From: Epiperipatus broadwayi
Lineage: Eukaryota; Animalia; Onychophora
Assembly: GCA_028023455.1 (NCBI GenBank)
Contig: JAQFVV010000005.1
Coordinates: forward strand, 19,158,001 to 19,222,000
Direction of reading: 5' to 3'
DNA length: 64,000 nucleotides
Shown: piece after piece, positions 1 to 12,600 of the stretch
Layout: every line of letters starts with the position of its first letter
Numbering within the stretch: position 1 is the stretch's first letter
Position numbers and translations under genes: made by a program
The notes under the pieces: generated by a model
What the model was told of the DNA's origin: nothing
The model's input: the letters and a program-made list of their open reading frames with translations, nothing else
The model's database searches: none

Positions 1-129
1 ATGTCCTGATTTACCACAGCAAGTACATTTTTGTTGTTTAATCCACCTACTGGAAATCGGAATGTTTTTTTTTGTTTTTTCCTTAATGAATGAAATCTTT
101 TCAGGAGATTGAGACCTGATATATTCCAA

Positions 130-1290
130 TGCTATATGTAATATGGCTTCTTGTGTAATGCATTTATCCATGGCATTTTTATACGTTAAATCCAGATCAC
201 TCAATAAAACCTTTCTAAAATTATTGTTGGCCATACCATACAAGAATTGCTCCAGTAGAGAGTCATTAATTTCTGGACCAAAATCACAGTCTTTAGCTAA
301 TTTTTTCTTAATGCTAAATCGAAGTCCACATATTTTTCCTGTGGCAACTGCATTCTATTTCTAAACCTAAACTGTGCTATCCATTTTGAAAATCTTGGAG
401 CAAAATATTTATTTAATATTTGTATAAATTCTTGATATGATAGGTCTTCTGGACATTTGGGTCAATAAGCCTATTAGCCAATTGAATAATGTCTTGTCCC
501 GCAAAATACAGAAATGTGGAAATTTTATAACAGTTGTCATCAATTTTGTTTATAAACATATAATATTCCACCTGCTCAATATTACTTTTCCATGAGTCAA
601 TGTTATTTATGTTGAACTCGTGAATTGCTGAATTAAAAGCTGCCCTAATTTATTAATTTCTTCTACTGAGTCTATGAAGTGTATAAATCTACTTATGGTT
701 TCCACGCTGTCAACTGCACCACTTTGTTATGTCTGATGGTTTTTCCTTTTTAAAAACCAGTCTCATAGTGAAAAATAAAACTGGTATACAATTGTATCAT
801 TTTATATATATTTATTTATTAATACAAATTAACTAATAATGAAAGGAGAGTTTTAGTATAGTTACACAAATTATAGTTAATAATGAGAAAAGCAAATTTT
901 ATGTTGCTTTATAGAGTCCAATTAACTTCTTATTACTACACTCAGCGTTGAATATTTTACACAGTTTCATTTCTTCTATTTACATTTTAGTGACCTTAGA
1001 AATAGTTTATCCATTTACGGCTCCATTAACAGATGCTTATTCTGCCTGCAATTCTACTATTGCACTTTCCACTGGACTGTGCAGAAGAAAAACAACTAGG
1101 CTTTTTATAAGTCAGTTTATTGTGCACAATTACAGATGTGTAAAGATTGTAGCAGCACTCTCTTTTATTTATTTCATAGAGTAAATAATACACAACATGC
1201 ATATTAACTGGAGGAAACAAAAAGTACCACTTTAAGTTCATTATCTCCCATTGCACAAACACTGCAGGTACTCAGATAACTGACTAGATC
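130..1290 (-). mobile_element. Degenerate Gypsy-type gag remnant
   Basis: Manual minus-strand translation near 130-400 gives KKLAKDCDFGPEINDSLLEQFLYGMANNNFRKVLLSDLDLTYKNAMDKC, which resembles Mag/K02A2.6-type gag. A gag-N-like piece (GDNELKVVLFVSS) lies near 1200-1260. Many stops. Confidence 0.45.
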
Positions 1291-1665
1291 CACAGGTAGT
1301 GGGATGATTTTCAAATAAAAGAGTTACCAGCAAATAATAAATGAACTGCATCTAATTAAGATTATCATCTGATACTTTGTAAGGTAAAATATAGGTCATT
1401 AAAGAAAATATAGGTCATTAAAGACTAATACTGTTTATAATACAAGTAGTCTTTTTCGCCTCTTCAAATTATTTTGTTTTATCTTGAGTCACTTTGGGTA
1501 TGGCTGCTATGAGTTTGCCCTGCAATGGGATTATAAAACCATGTATCCATCCTCTGAACAACAACAATTTTGTCTCCAATCTTTCATGAATACATTTTCA
1601 CTATTCCTGTATTTATTAGAACATTTTTTAAATTTTCTAATTCACTCTTCCTTTCATATGTCAAA

Positions 1666-1737
1666 TGTGTTGACTGGCAAATGAACCTGGGCCAGCTGCT
1701 TGGAAGGCAGCTATGCTAACCACTAGGCTACCAACAC
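1666..1737 (-). pseudogene. tRNA-Gly(TCC) pseudogene
   Basis: Minus strand reads GTGTTGGTAGCCTAGTGGTTAGCATAGCTGCCTTCCAAGCAGCTGGCCCAGGTTCATTTGCCAGTCAACACA. Acceptor and anticodon stems pair (GCTGC-CTTCCAA-GCAGC). The T-arm and B-box are broken. Confidence 0.75.
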
Positions 1738-3009
1738 ATTGACTAATCCACTCTTCTTAAAGCGCTAAGCCATTTTAATTGCTATTAATTTATACAGCTT
1801 TACATAATAAGTGTGTTAGCACTATTTAAGATTATTATAATTTGGACAAGCATAAAGCATAAATCTATAATTTGTTACTTAATGTAAAAGTGATCTTACT
1901 CTTTATTTACCCACCTAATTTTAATTCCCATAACCACATCTCAAAAGCTTTTTCATGATTGTACTCTCAAAGAAAATATTTAGTCCATTTCTGTTAAATG
2001 AATATATCTTCACAGGGCAGTCACTTATAAGTATGTAGCAAATTATTTCTTCTATCCCAATTCTGCCATCTGAAGTAGTTTTGAATAATCAATAGAAGAC
2101 AGATGGTAGTGTTAAGAATTTTTTTCTCTAGAACTATCTTATACACATTCCGAGTCTTACAGCTTTCATGAGTGAGGAATTTGAGAATTGGATCTACTGA
2201 CTTGATTTTTTTGGATCTAGTGCTGCTTTCCTTCAGTATCCATCTTTTATTCCTTTTTTCATTATTATCAACTTATCCAATCTCAAATTCAAAAACATCA
2301 TGTTTTGAAACTAAGCCAACTTTCTTGCATGGTTATGTAACTCTAATACTAGTTCAGTATCCATGTATTTTAATGATCTCAGTTTTTTAATAATTTTACC
2401 AGCTATATTTCTTTAACTGGATGATGATAATGCAAGCGGAGCATCACATGATTCCAGATTACACAACACTTAGTAGAAAATCTATTTCTTCTACTCCACT
2501 TCTGTTGTCTAGTGTAAATTCAAGTATGCAGTGGTTGCCCCCTAGTATTGGTTAATAAATTCCTATCCACTGCTGCCCTATCTACATTCCAGACTAAAAT
2601 ATGACACATAAAAAATTCATTTTCTCATATAACATTCATTTTTCAAATTACAAAAAGGCATTTAACAGCATCAAGAAAACTAACATTTCAACCAGGATGA
2701 TGATAACACATATCAAGTCAATAAATTAAGTGATACTACTACTATACCCTTCAAATTCTAATTATATTGGAAGACAGAGTTGTTTCCTTTCTGCTATATT
2801 ATTAATAATAGTTTTGAACTTGATAATGTATAAGTCCATGTACTTGAATTATGGAAATGGTCCAAAAATATCTGTCTAAAAATCGGGAATATGCTGATAA
2901 TCTACATCTTTTCATTGGCAGTTTTTAAAGCATCATAAAGCAGGTTAATTTCAACTGGCAGGACATGACAATTTAACTTTAAATAAATACCAAAAAAACA
3001 AAAGGAGTG

Positions 3010-3691
3010 AGTCTTGCAGTGTATTGATTCTTCAATTACTGCGCACAAAAGTTAATTTGCGAACTCGTTAGTTTAATTCGCAATGCTGCAACGGATGCTC
3101 TGCTCAAATTCACTGAATACTGCTCTGTACTCACTCTGTTTCTACAGTTTTCCACTGTTCAATTCCCTCGATGTTCATTCAGGCTGGCTGCTACAAAAAC
3201 GGTTTACAATGGTCAAGGTTTACACACACCTTGGCCCCAGTCCAGTTTAGCTGCCCATGAACTCTTCATAGTAAGCACTGCGACTGACTTTAAGCTCCTT
3301 ACAGCTTCTGTCTCTGCAACAGTCTACCAGTAGTTCCACTTGAAAACCACTGGAAACTCAACTCTTTATTCAGCTGCTATCCAGATGGTTTCCTCAGGCT
3401 GCGGTCTCCTTCAGCTATACCCGTGGACTACATTTCCACTGGGCGCTGGTCTTTAACCGAAAGCACTGACGCGAGATGTCTCCTACTGGAATTGAACAGG
3501 AACGTCTCTGGAGATGCACTCAAATACTGCCTCTAATACTCTCTATACTACCCTGCGTAGTTGTTATACAGTCTTTTTATAGCTTTCTGATAACTGCAGC
3601 AATTAATTAGATTGTCCAATAAGGTAAGGTCTCTTATTTAGAAATATTTGCAATCAGCAAATATTTCTTGGAATTATCATTCGCCATTACA
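3010..3691 (-). mobile_element. GC-richer island, possible LTR fragment
   Basis: Minus strand starts TGTAATGG at 3691 and contains CTATAAAAAG and AATAAAGAG. The other boundary and a TSD were not found. Confidence 0.3.
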
Positions 3692-5678
3692 TTAATAACT
3701 TAATCACATTCATATCGGCTTTTTCAAAACAAATTGTGCAAACGCTTTTTGCGAGTGTTAAATAATAAATGAATACCCTCTGACCCATACGAGATATAGA
3801 ATTTATGCAGCAATAAAAGGAATCCCTTATTACTACAACTCAAATATTTATATATGAGCAAATCTGAAGTACTGGCACAGAAGGTGTGACTATAGAACAG
3901 TCACTTTGAATTACTATATATAACTTATGAATGAATGACGCCGATGAAATTTACTAGAATTTACTGAACGTCATTCCAACTGAAATTAATCATATATATA
4001 AATCATTTATTTTTTATAGCGTCTGTATACAATTGTAATCACATTCATATCGGCTTTTTCAAACCAAATTGTGCAAACGCTTTTTGCGAGTGTTAAATAA
4101 TAAATGAATACCCTCTGACCCATACGAGATATAGAATTTATGCAGCAATAAAAGGAATCCCTTATTACTACGACTCAAATATTTATATATGAGCAAATCT
4201 GAAGTACTGGCACAGAAGGTGTGACTATAGAACAGTCACTTTGAATTACTATATATAACTTATGAATGAATGACGCCGATCATAAGTTATATATAGTAAT
4301 TCAATATTTCTTCTTTTTTTTTATTCTTTTTATCTATATTTGAGATTCTTATTTTTTTTTCCTTTTAAAGATATAATTATTTTTATTTATAAATCTGATT
4401 TATATATATGATTTTTCGTTAATAGTTATTTCTAATTTCTCATCTTATTCATAGTTATATATGTAATTCAAAGTGACTGTTCTATAGTCACACCTTCTGT
4501 GCCAGTACTTCAGATTTGCTCATATATAAATATTTGAGTCGTAGTAATAAGGGATTCCTTTTATTGCTGCATAAATTCTATATCTCGTATGGGTCAGAGG
4601 GTATTCATTTATTATTTAACACTCGCAAAAAGCGTTTGCACAATTTGGTTTGAAAAAGCCGATATGAATGTGATTACAATTGTATACAGACGCTATAAAA
4701 AATAAATGCTGATTTATATATATGATTAATTTCAGTTGGAATGACATTCAGTAAATTCTAGTAAATTTCATCGGCGTCATTCATTCATAAGTTATATATA
4801 GTAATTCAAAGTGACTGTTCTATAGTCACACCTTCTGTGCCAGTACTTCAGATTTGCTCATATATAAATATTTGAGTCGTAGTAATAAGGGATTCCTTTT
4901 ATTGCTGCATAAATTCTATATCTCATATGGGTCAGAGGGTATTCATTTATTATTTAACACTCGCAAAAAGCGTTTGCACAATTTGGTTTGAAAAAGCCGA
5001 TATGAATGTGATTACAATTGTATACAGGCGCTATAAAAAATAAATGCTGATTTATATATATGATTAATTTCAGTTGGAATGACGTTCAGTAAATTCTAGT
5101 AAATTTCATCGGCGTCATTCATTCATAGGTTATATATAGTAATTCAAAGTGACTGTTCTATAGTCACACCTTCTGTGCCAGTACTTCAGATTTGCTCATA
5201 TATAAATATTTGAGTCGTAGTAATAAGGGATTCCTTTTATTGCTGCATAAATTCTATATCTCATATGGGTCAGAGGGTATTCATTTATTATTTAACACTC
5301 GCAAAAAGCGTTTGCACAATTTGGTTTGAAAAAGCCATATGAATGTGATTACAATTGTATACAGACGCTATAAAAAATAAATGCTGATTTATATATATGA
5401 TTAATTTCAGTTGGAATGATGTTCAGTAAATTCTAGTAAATTTCATCGGCGTCATTCATTCATAAGTTATATATAGTAATTCAAAGTGACTCTTCTATAG
5501 TCACACCTTCTGTGCCAGTATTCTATATCTCGTATGGGTCAGAGGGTATTCATTTATTATTTAACACTCGCAAAAAGCGTTTGCACAATTTGGTTTGAAA
5601 AAGCCGATATGAATGTGATTACAATTGTATACAGATGCTATAAAAAATAAATGCTGATTTATATATTAATAACTTAAT
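3691..5678 (+). repeat. 338-bp-unit tandem/inverted array inserted with a 14-bp TSD
   Basis: TSD ATTAATAACTTAAT at 3691-3704 and 5665-5678. About 1.7 inverted units (3705-4280), a degenerate AT-rich spacer, then about 3.6 near-identical direct units (GTGACT anchors at 4473, 4811, 5149, 5486) and a roughly 45-nt unpaired tail. Confidence 0.9.
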
Positions 5679-6139
5679 TAAATTCCTTGGTTATCAGTGT
5701 GCGATCTAAAAACAACAACTCAAATAAATTCTAGTTTTTCTGGAGTACACAAACTTGTCTGCCATTTTTACAAAACACTACAAGTCTTTCGCAATTTATT
5801 GCTGCTATGCAGTTTCAAATGGATGAACAGTTTCAAAAAAAATATGACATTCTGCTAACTGGGAAATTTCATTACTCAAAATAGATATACAAAAGAAGAC
5901 AGTGAAATTAAAACTGAAGTTTACAGAAGTGAAAATTTAAAATATTTCAGGATGTGTAAAACATTATTTTTTTTTTTGTAAGATTGTGAAATTTGCAAAT
6001 ATCTGCTGGCTCAAAAATTATAAAACATTTTCTAATTATTAATAGTTATTGTAAAGATGCCAGCCAAAACACCATCCTCCCCAGGGAAAATAATATCTTA
6101 ATGACTATTACTAATATTTAATAAATTGTAATAATGTGA

Positions 6140-6560
6140 TGTTAATAAATAAAACCATTAAAACATCATATGACCATGATTTCTTTTCCTTTTACATATT
6201 GATTAGTATTGCTTGCCCTGGATGGCACTATTGTACAGAAGGAGTTGCTACTATTTTGATAAATACTAAGCAATTTTGAGGTGGGTTGCCTCATATTCAT
6301 AGCAATACTGAGCAGTGCAGAACAGTGAGATAATGGCAATATGCAAAATACATGCAAATTATTTAGATAGTCCAGTGTTTGGAGATGTCGAAGCAGGCAT
6401 CACATCTGATAGAATTATTGTTACCAGTAATGAAATACACCTCCCTAATTTTCTGTTTGATGTCATTTTTCTCTCTGCAAGCTATCTTGGTATTAGAGGG
6501 TTTGAATATATGGCTGGTCTTCTTTATAGCTTCTTTTTCAAGCACTTCACACGCTTTTAA
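6140..6560 (-). mobile_element. PLE 3' remnant (GIY-YIG C-terminus plus decayed hammerhead)
   Basis: ORF 6363-6545 HIFKPSNTKIACREKNDIKQKIREVYFI resembles the other GIY-YIG tails in the window. Downstream, 6268-6300 (minus) reads ATGAATA-T-GAGG-caaccca-CCTC-AAAA-TTGC-TT, with G12 mutated. Confidence 0.65.
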
Positions 6561-8528
6561 TTTTATGTATTATAATATTAAAAGAGAAATTTAAAATTCT
6601 TATTAAAAACATGTATGAAATTATAACCTGGGCAACTGTTGAGTGCTAGTTCAATATGAATATGGGGGTCATTTGATTTTTCAGATACCTTTATTCTTGT
6701 GCTTAAAAATATATAAGATAAAATGGAAACTAGAAACATTTACTAACTAATGTATTTGTGATGTTTTATAGAGACTATTAAAAATGATGTAAAATAAAGT
6801 ATTGTAGAAGGAAGTATTAATAAAACATTCATCTGGAATTTAAAAAATAGTAGATGGGCTACATATTATGAAGACCATAAAAGTTACTTGACTGCCATTA
6901 TTCAAACAACTGCAAATATAAAACCACAAGATAAAATTATAAACCTCTTACATATTTGTTTATATTATTTAGAGAAAAAATTTAAAAAAATAAGCATAGG
7001 TCATGCAGGCAAGTCCTTAGACAGATCACAAATCTCCCTACTCATGTAATTACTGTTAATATTATATGTAATAATTAATAATATAGTATCATATATTGTA
7101 TTGTTTTCAGTCAATTTAGGCTTTATACATTATAAATTGCTAAGGCATTTGTTAATCAAGTGATGTCTGTATTTATTCATTTTTGATATTAGAAAGATTC
7201 ATAGAACATAATTACGTTTCCTGATTAACTTGCCTAATTCATTATCAGTTTGGTTTTGTTTATTATCTAATCGCTCACTGTGCCACTTTTTAATTTATTT
7301 AGTTGGCACCAGGGTTATATAACCCACTGACTTGGAGTGATTATAAATGTAATTGTTTCAATTAAATTTTGGGAGGCTTAGTTTCTCTCTTTTTTTTTTT
7401 TTTGTTTTATAGTAATTCCCCGGGGTGACAACTCTTAAAGTAGTATTGGCATTATAAAACAGATACCTTCAAATTAGTTAGTTGGTATAATTGAATAAAT
7501 AAAATAAAATAGATATACAATGAACAGATATCATGAAAAGTGATTTATTAAAACTACATATAAATTTAATAATAAATAAGTATTAAAAGAAACACACATA
7601 CATTAATCAGATAGGATGGATAATAAACAAGTAATTAATTTAACTTAATCACTTTATCAAGAGTCCATTCACTTTTCAAACTTTTCTTTTTGTTTAGCGT
7701 CTTTATTTTTTTTTTTTTTACAATGAGTTCGTTCTAAGATTATGTTTGCAAGCTCTCATATAGTAAAATGATTTATATTACCAATGAGATTCTTTGTATT
7801 CAAGGTATTACTTAATAATGTACTATGCATGGTTTTTTTGTCCGAAGAAATCCGTGGTTTAGAATCCGGGTTTCATTCCTGCAAGGTTATTCAACTTCTG
7901 GTCAGGGAAAGATGGTTGTTCAAATCATGGCATTGGTTTAGACTTAATACGGAAAGGATATATTGGCAGATGCTCTGTTTCTACTCCGACATTGAGTAAT
8001 AGTTCAACACACAAGCAAAAATCTCTGGTGAAACATTCTATTGTGACTTTGCTTGGGGCAACACGTTCATCCTAACTCAAGTATTGACTCGGCAACTAAG
8101 AAGAGAGAAAAAACTCTCCTTTTATCTCCTCCAATTTTCATCTACCATGCAGATGTTCTTCTCACCTTTCTCTTTTCTTTTGTCCCAACTTACTTTTGAA
8201 CATTTCTTTGGAATTTTGCTTTGCAAAGTTCGTATTTGATAACTCCTTCAGTGGCCATCTTTAATTACAGCCAATTAGCATTATTTTCTTTTTCTATAAT
8301 TAAAATTACTTGTCTTCAGATTTTATCTTGATTAGTACTGTGTGTGTGTTTTTATTCTTTTTAGAAAATATATAATCTCCATTGTATATATATAAAATTA
8401 TACCAACTTTGAAAAAGAAATAACAAATGAGAAAAAAAATTTATACAAAAGATTTTTACCTTTTCCCCTCTTCTTTTCTTTATTTTTTTTTTAATTATGA
8501 GATTTTCAAATGCCAATACACTTGTACC

Positions 8529-9625
8529 ATATATATATAATTATTCAAAACATTAATACAGTAAAAAATATTTTAAAAACAAATATATACCATAATTTAA
8601 TAGAAGTACTTTCAACTATCTATGTAGTCGTTATCAACTAGATTCAAATTGTATTACAAAAAACCGTTACAAATGTAAACAAAAAGAATTACATCAAACA
8701 TCAATTTTTCCACAATTCATTAATTTTTATATGGGCAGCCGGTCTATTTATCAAATGTTGCTTTTCATTTTTTATTAACATAGCTTCTTTAATTTTACGT
8801 TTATTATTATTTCTTTCAATACACAAAATCTTAACTTTATTAAAATCAAAACCGTAATTACATGTTACATTATGATCAAAAAATACTGAAGGTGATACGT
8901 CATCATTTCTAACATTCCCTTGTCTTGATTTTTGTACTCGTTTATATAACAACAAATGTTCCTTTGATCTTTTCTCCAATGTACATCTAGATTCACCTAT
9001 ATATGCCTTTCCACAAACACACAGCCATTTATATATTGCACAACTTTGATTTAAGTTGTGCAATATTTAAATGGCCGTGTGTTTGTGGAAAGGCATTTAT
9101 AGGTGAATCTAGATGTACATTGGAGAAAAGATCAAAGGAGCATTTGTTGTTATATAAACGAGTACAAAAATCAAGACAAGGGAATGTTAGAAATGATGAC
9201 GTATCACCTTCAGTATTTTTTGATCATAATGTAACATGTAATTACGGTTTTGATTTTAATAAAGTTAAGATTTTGTGTATTGAAAGAAATAATAATAAAT
9301 GTAAAATTAAAGAAGCTATGTTAATAAAAAATGGAAAGCAACATTTGATAAATAGACAGGCTGCCCATATAAAAATTAATGAATTGTGGGAAAATTGATG
9401 TATGATGTAATTCTTTTTGTTTACATTTGTAACGGTTTTTTGTAATACAATTTGAATCTACTTGATAACGACTACATAGATAGTTGAAAGTACTTCTATT
9501 AAATTATGGTATATATTTGTTTTTAAAATATTTTTTACTGTATTAATTATTGTACTGTTTTAAATAATTATATATATATATTATAATTGGAATACAGACA
9601 TTGATTAATAATTTTTATATATATA
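8529..9625 (+). mobile_element. PLE 3' fragment forming a near-perfect hairpin inside the LTR of element 1
   Basis: Arms of about 520 bp meet at a 6-nt loop (9047-9052). Both arms encode the GIY-YIG region (CVCGKAYIGESRCTLEKRSKEH...KIKEAMLI). The sister LTR shows the empty site (15114-15132). TSD about ATATATATAA. Confidence 0.9.
8601..8640 (-). ncRNA. Minimal hammerhead ribozyme, U3-A8 variant
   Basis: tag-TTGATAA-C-GACTA cataga TAGTT-GAA-AGTACT-T-cta. Helix III palindrome AGUACU, stem I TAG/CTA. Mirror copy at 9462-9495 (+) has a stem I mismatch. Confidence 0.7.
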
Positions 9626-12600
9626 AATTGAACAGTACCACTGTAGTTAAGGACAAGAATAAAATGGGGATTGACTATTTTATTCTCAATGAATTTTTAG
9701 TATAACGATCTTTATGGTACCTGGCTCCTATACCCAGTTCTCATCTTATAGGGTTTCAGAGTCCTAGCATTATAGGTGCGCTTTTCCCCTTTATCATTTG
9801 TCAAAGTGAAGGCATTTGCACCATTCCTCTGAGTGATCTGATAGGGACCTTCATACAGGTTTTTAAATTTTCTACAAATATTTTTGCCGGATTGACCCGC
9901 TAGGTTTAACTTGACCCATATCTTATCCCCTTCCCTAAACTTGTCTGTTGTAACACCCTTCCTCTGGATCCATAGTTTTTCACATTGTTCCAGTTATATC
10001 CTCACCTTTTCTTGGTCTACTTCTTCATTGATGCCTTCCAGAATGGTCAGTAACTTGGCTGTGTATAACATCAGTACCAGATATTCAAATTGTAGATGGC
10101 TAGATGGAAATTCTGTGGATTCATTATGAGCTCAATTTATACAATTCAATATCTGAGGAAGCATCTTCAGTTATTCCCTATGGTCAGAAGACATGTATAC
10201 TCTGAAAAGCTGGCTAAGCTCTCTCATTATCTGTGCACAGGGATTAGATTGCAGTTTTCTGATGGAAGAGAGTACTATGTTTGAGTTCAATTTTTCTGAT
10301 CCATTCCTGCCACTCATATGACATAAATAGCATTCTGTGGTTGGATGAAACAGCCTGAGGCCTCCCCTCTTGTGTAAAATATTGTTTCTTAAGTATATAT
10401 ACTGCGTTTTGTATGTTGGCCTGAGATATTGGATATGCCGATACTCTCTTGGAAAAGAAATCATAGACTACCAATAAATATCTCATTTTTAAAAAAGCTA
10501 GTAATGACCCATAAAAGTCTATGGCTATCAAATCTTTAGGCTTCTGCAGAATTATCGGACTCAAGGGCCTTGATAAGATTTTTTTGCAGGCTTTGTCCTC
10601 TGATAAACTTCACATGTACTTAACATCGTACAACCTGAGGTCTCATATTTGGCCAATAAAACCATGCCATTAATAAGCATTCTACTTTACTGATACTGTA
10701 GTATCCATACAGACTGAGTGTACATAAATATTTTTTTGCAACTCTTCTGGCATAATCATCCTCCACTGTGCTGTTTGTACATCCATTAAATAATAAAAAA
10801 TTTCTTTCAATCAGTAATGGTTTCTTTTACCATTTACTAGGACTTCATCTCTGCTTTCTGACACCCTCTCAATTTCTAGACTATCAATAATTTTTGGTAT
10901 GTAGGGTCTTGCCATTGTATCCTTCCTAGATGTTCCAGCTTTTCTACTTATTAAGTGATTTTATATCCCTGGACCTAAGTTATGGCTCAGTAAGTCTGCA
11001 ACCATGTTTTCACTTCTTTTGCAGTATTGTATGGAGTAATTGAACTCATGAAGAAAAAGACTCCAGTGGATTAATGTACTATTTGTTAAATAGCTATGGT
11101 TTTGGAGCTCCAGGCTTTAATGATCTGTCCTAATGATCACTTCCAATCCCATCAAGAATTGACAAAACTTCTGGAATGCCCAAACCACAGCCAAAACCTT
11201 TTTCTCTGTTACAGAGTAATTAAGGTTGCATCCCATAATAGTCTGCTTATGAAATAAATTACACCAAGACTACTGTCCTCTTGGATCTGCATCAAGGCTG
11301 CACCTAATCCATAGCTGCTACTATCAACCTGGACCAAGAAGGGTTTCCTTAAATCAGGGTTAATCAACATCAGTTAGCAGAAAATTTTCCTTAATACCTT
11401 TGAAGCCAGTTTCTTGCTCCTCAGACCATTTCCACAGATTTTCTTTACAAAGTAATTGGATCCATGGTTCCATGTCTGTTGCAAAGTTTTTATAGAATAG
11501 AAATTACACAACCCCAGAAAGGACCTAACCTGTTTCAGCATGCAATGGGTTGGATAATTTCTAATTGCTTGAAATTTTATCAGGATGGGTCTTAATTGCT
11601 TTTGCATAGATTAAATACCCCAAGAAATTCATATCTTTGGCCACTATGTGGTTTTTTCTGAAGGTTGGTGTGAATGCCTGCATTCCTCGTCGAGATTCTT
11701 ATATGTGATAATCACATCGTTCATGTATATTGTGACTATGTTCTTGATCTTCTATGACAATTCATAATCTAGGCATTTTTAACAGGCCCACCCTCACTAT
11801 TCTTTAACCCGAAAGGCATTCTGTTGAATTGATATGAGATCCATTATAACAAAATGCTGTATATTTACAGTCTGCAGGATGTAATCTGAACTGTCAATAA
11901 CTGACAGACAGATATAGAGTGGAAAAATTGTTTTATCTCTGAATATTCACTAATTCATTGATAAGGCAGAGGAACATTCTGATCTGGCCATGTGATCTTA
12001 TTTAACTGTCTGGAATACAGACACAGTCTTACTGATCCTCCTTTTTTTATGATCACTAATGGATTATTGTATGATGATGAACAGTTTGTTATTATTATCC
12101 ATTCTTCCATTTGGGCTAATTGTTTTTGTACCTTGGCCCTATAATGATGAGATACCAGGTATGATCATGCCTGGTGTGGTGCCTAATCCCTAACCATAAT
12201 TCAGTGTTTGTAGCCCTTAAACATTCCAGGTAGGTTAGATAAATTTGACTTATATCTACCTAGTAAATTTCCCAGGGCCCTCTTCCATTTCCCTTCATCC
12301 GATCTGTTAATCCTCGATTATCTCTATTATTGTGTCACACTTTATGTTACATATCTCTTCTTGCCTTATTTCTTTCTTTGTTTTCATCCCAAATCCTACT
12401 ACTTCACATTTATTAAAATAATCAATCATGCATCCAGTTTTGTGCATGAAGTCAGATCTAGTATAATTTCATGTACCAAACCTTTTAAAATAAACAATAC
12501 ATGGTGGAATAATTTTATTCCCTATCTCAATCTACAACCACACTTGTTTTGAGCATAATTGTGCCTTTCTATTGTATTTGTGCACTTCTTACTGGGAGGG

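Noticed and set aside
3703-5664. CRISPR-like or classical hammerhead retrozyme reading of the 338-bp array
   Set aside because: There are no unique spacers. GAAATTAATC exists, but the core CUGANGA and stem I do not assemble.
7205-7250. Hammerhead-like CTGATAA...GAAACGTA on the minus strand of both LTRs of element 1
   Set aside because: C3.A8 mismatch, no stem I and a zero-length helix III loop.
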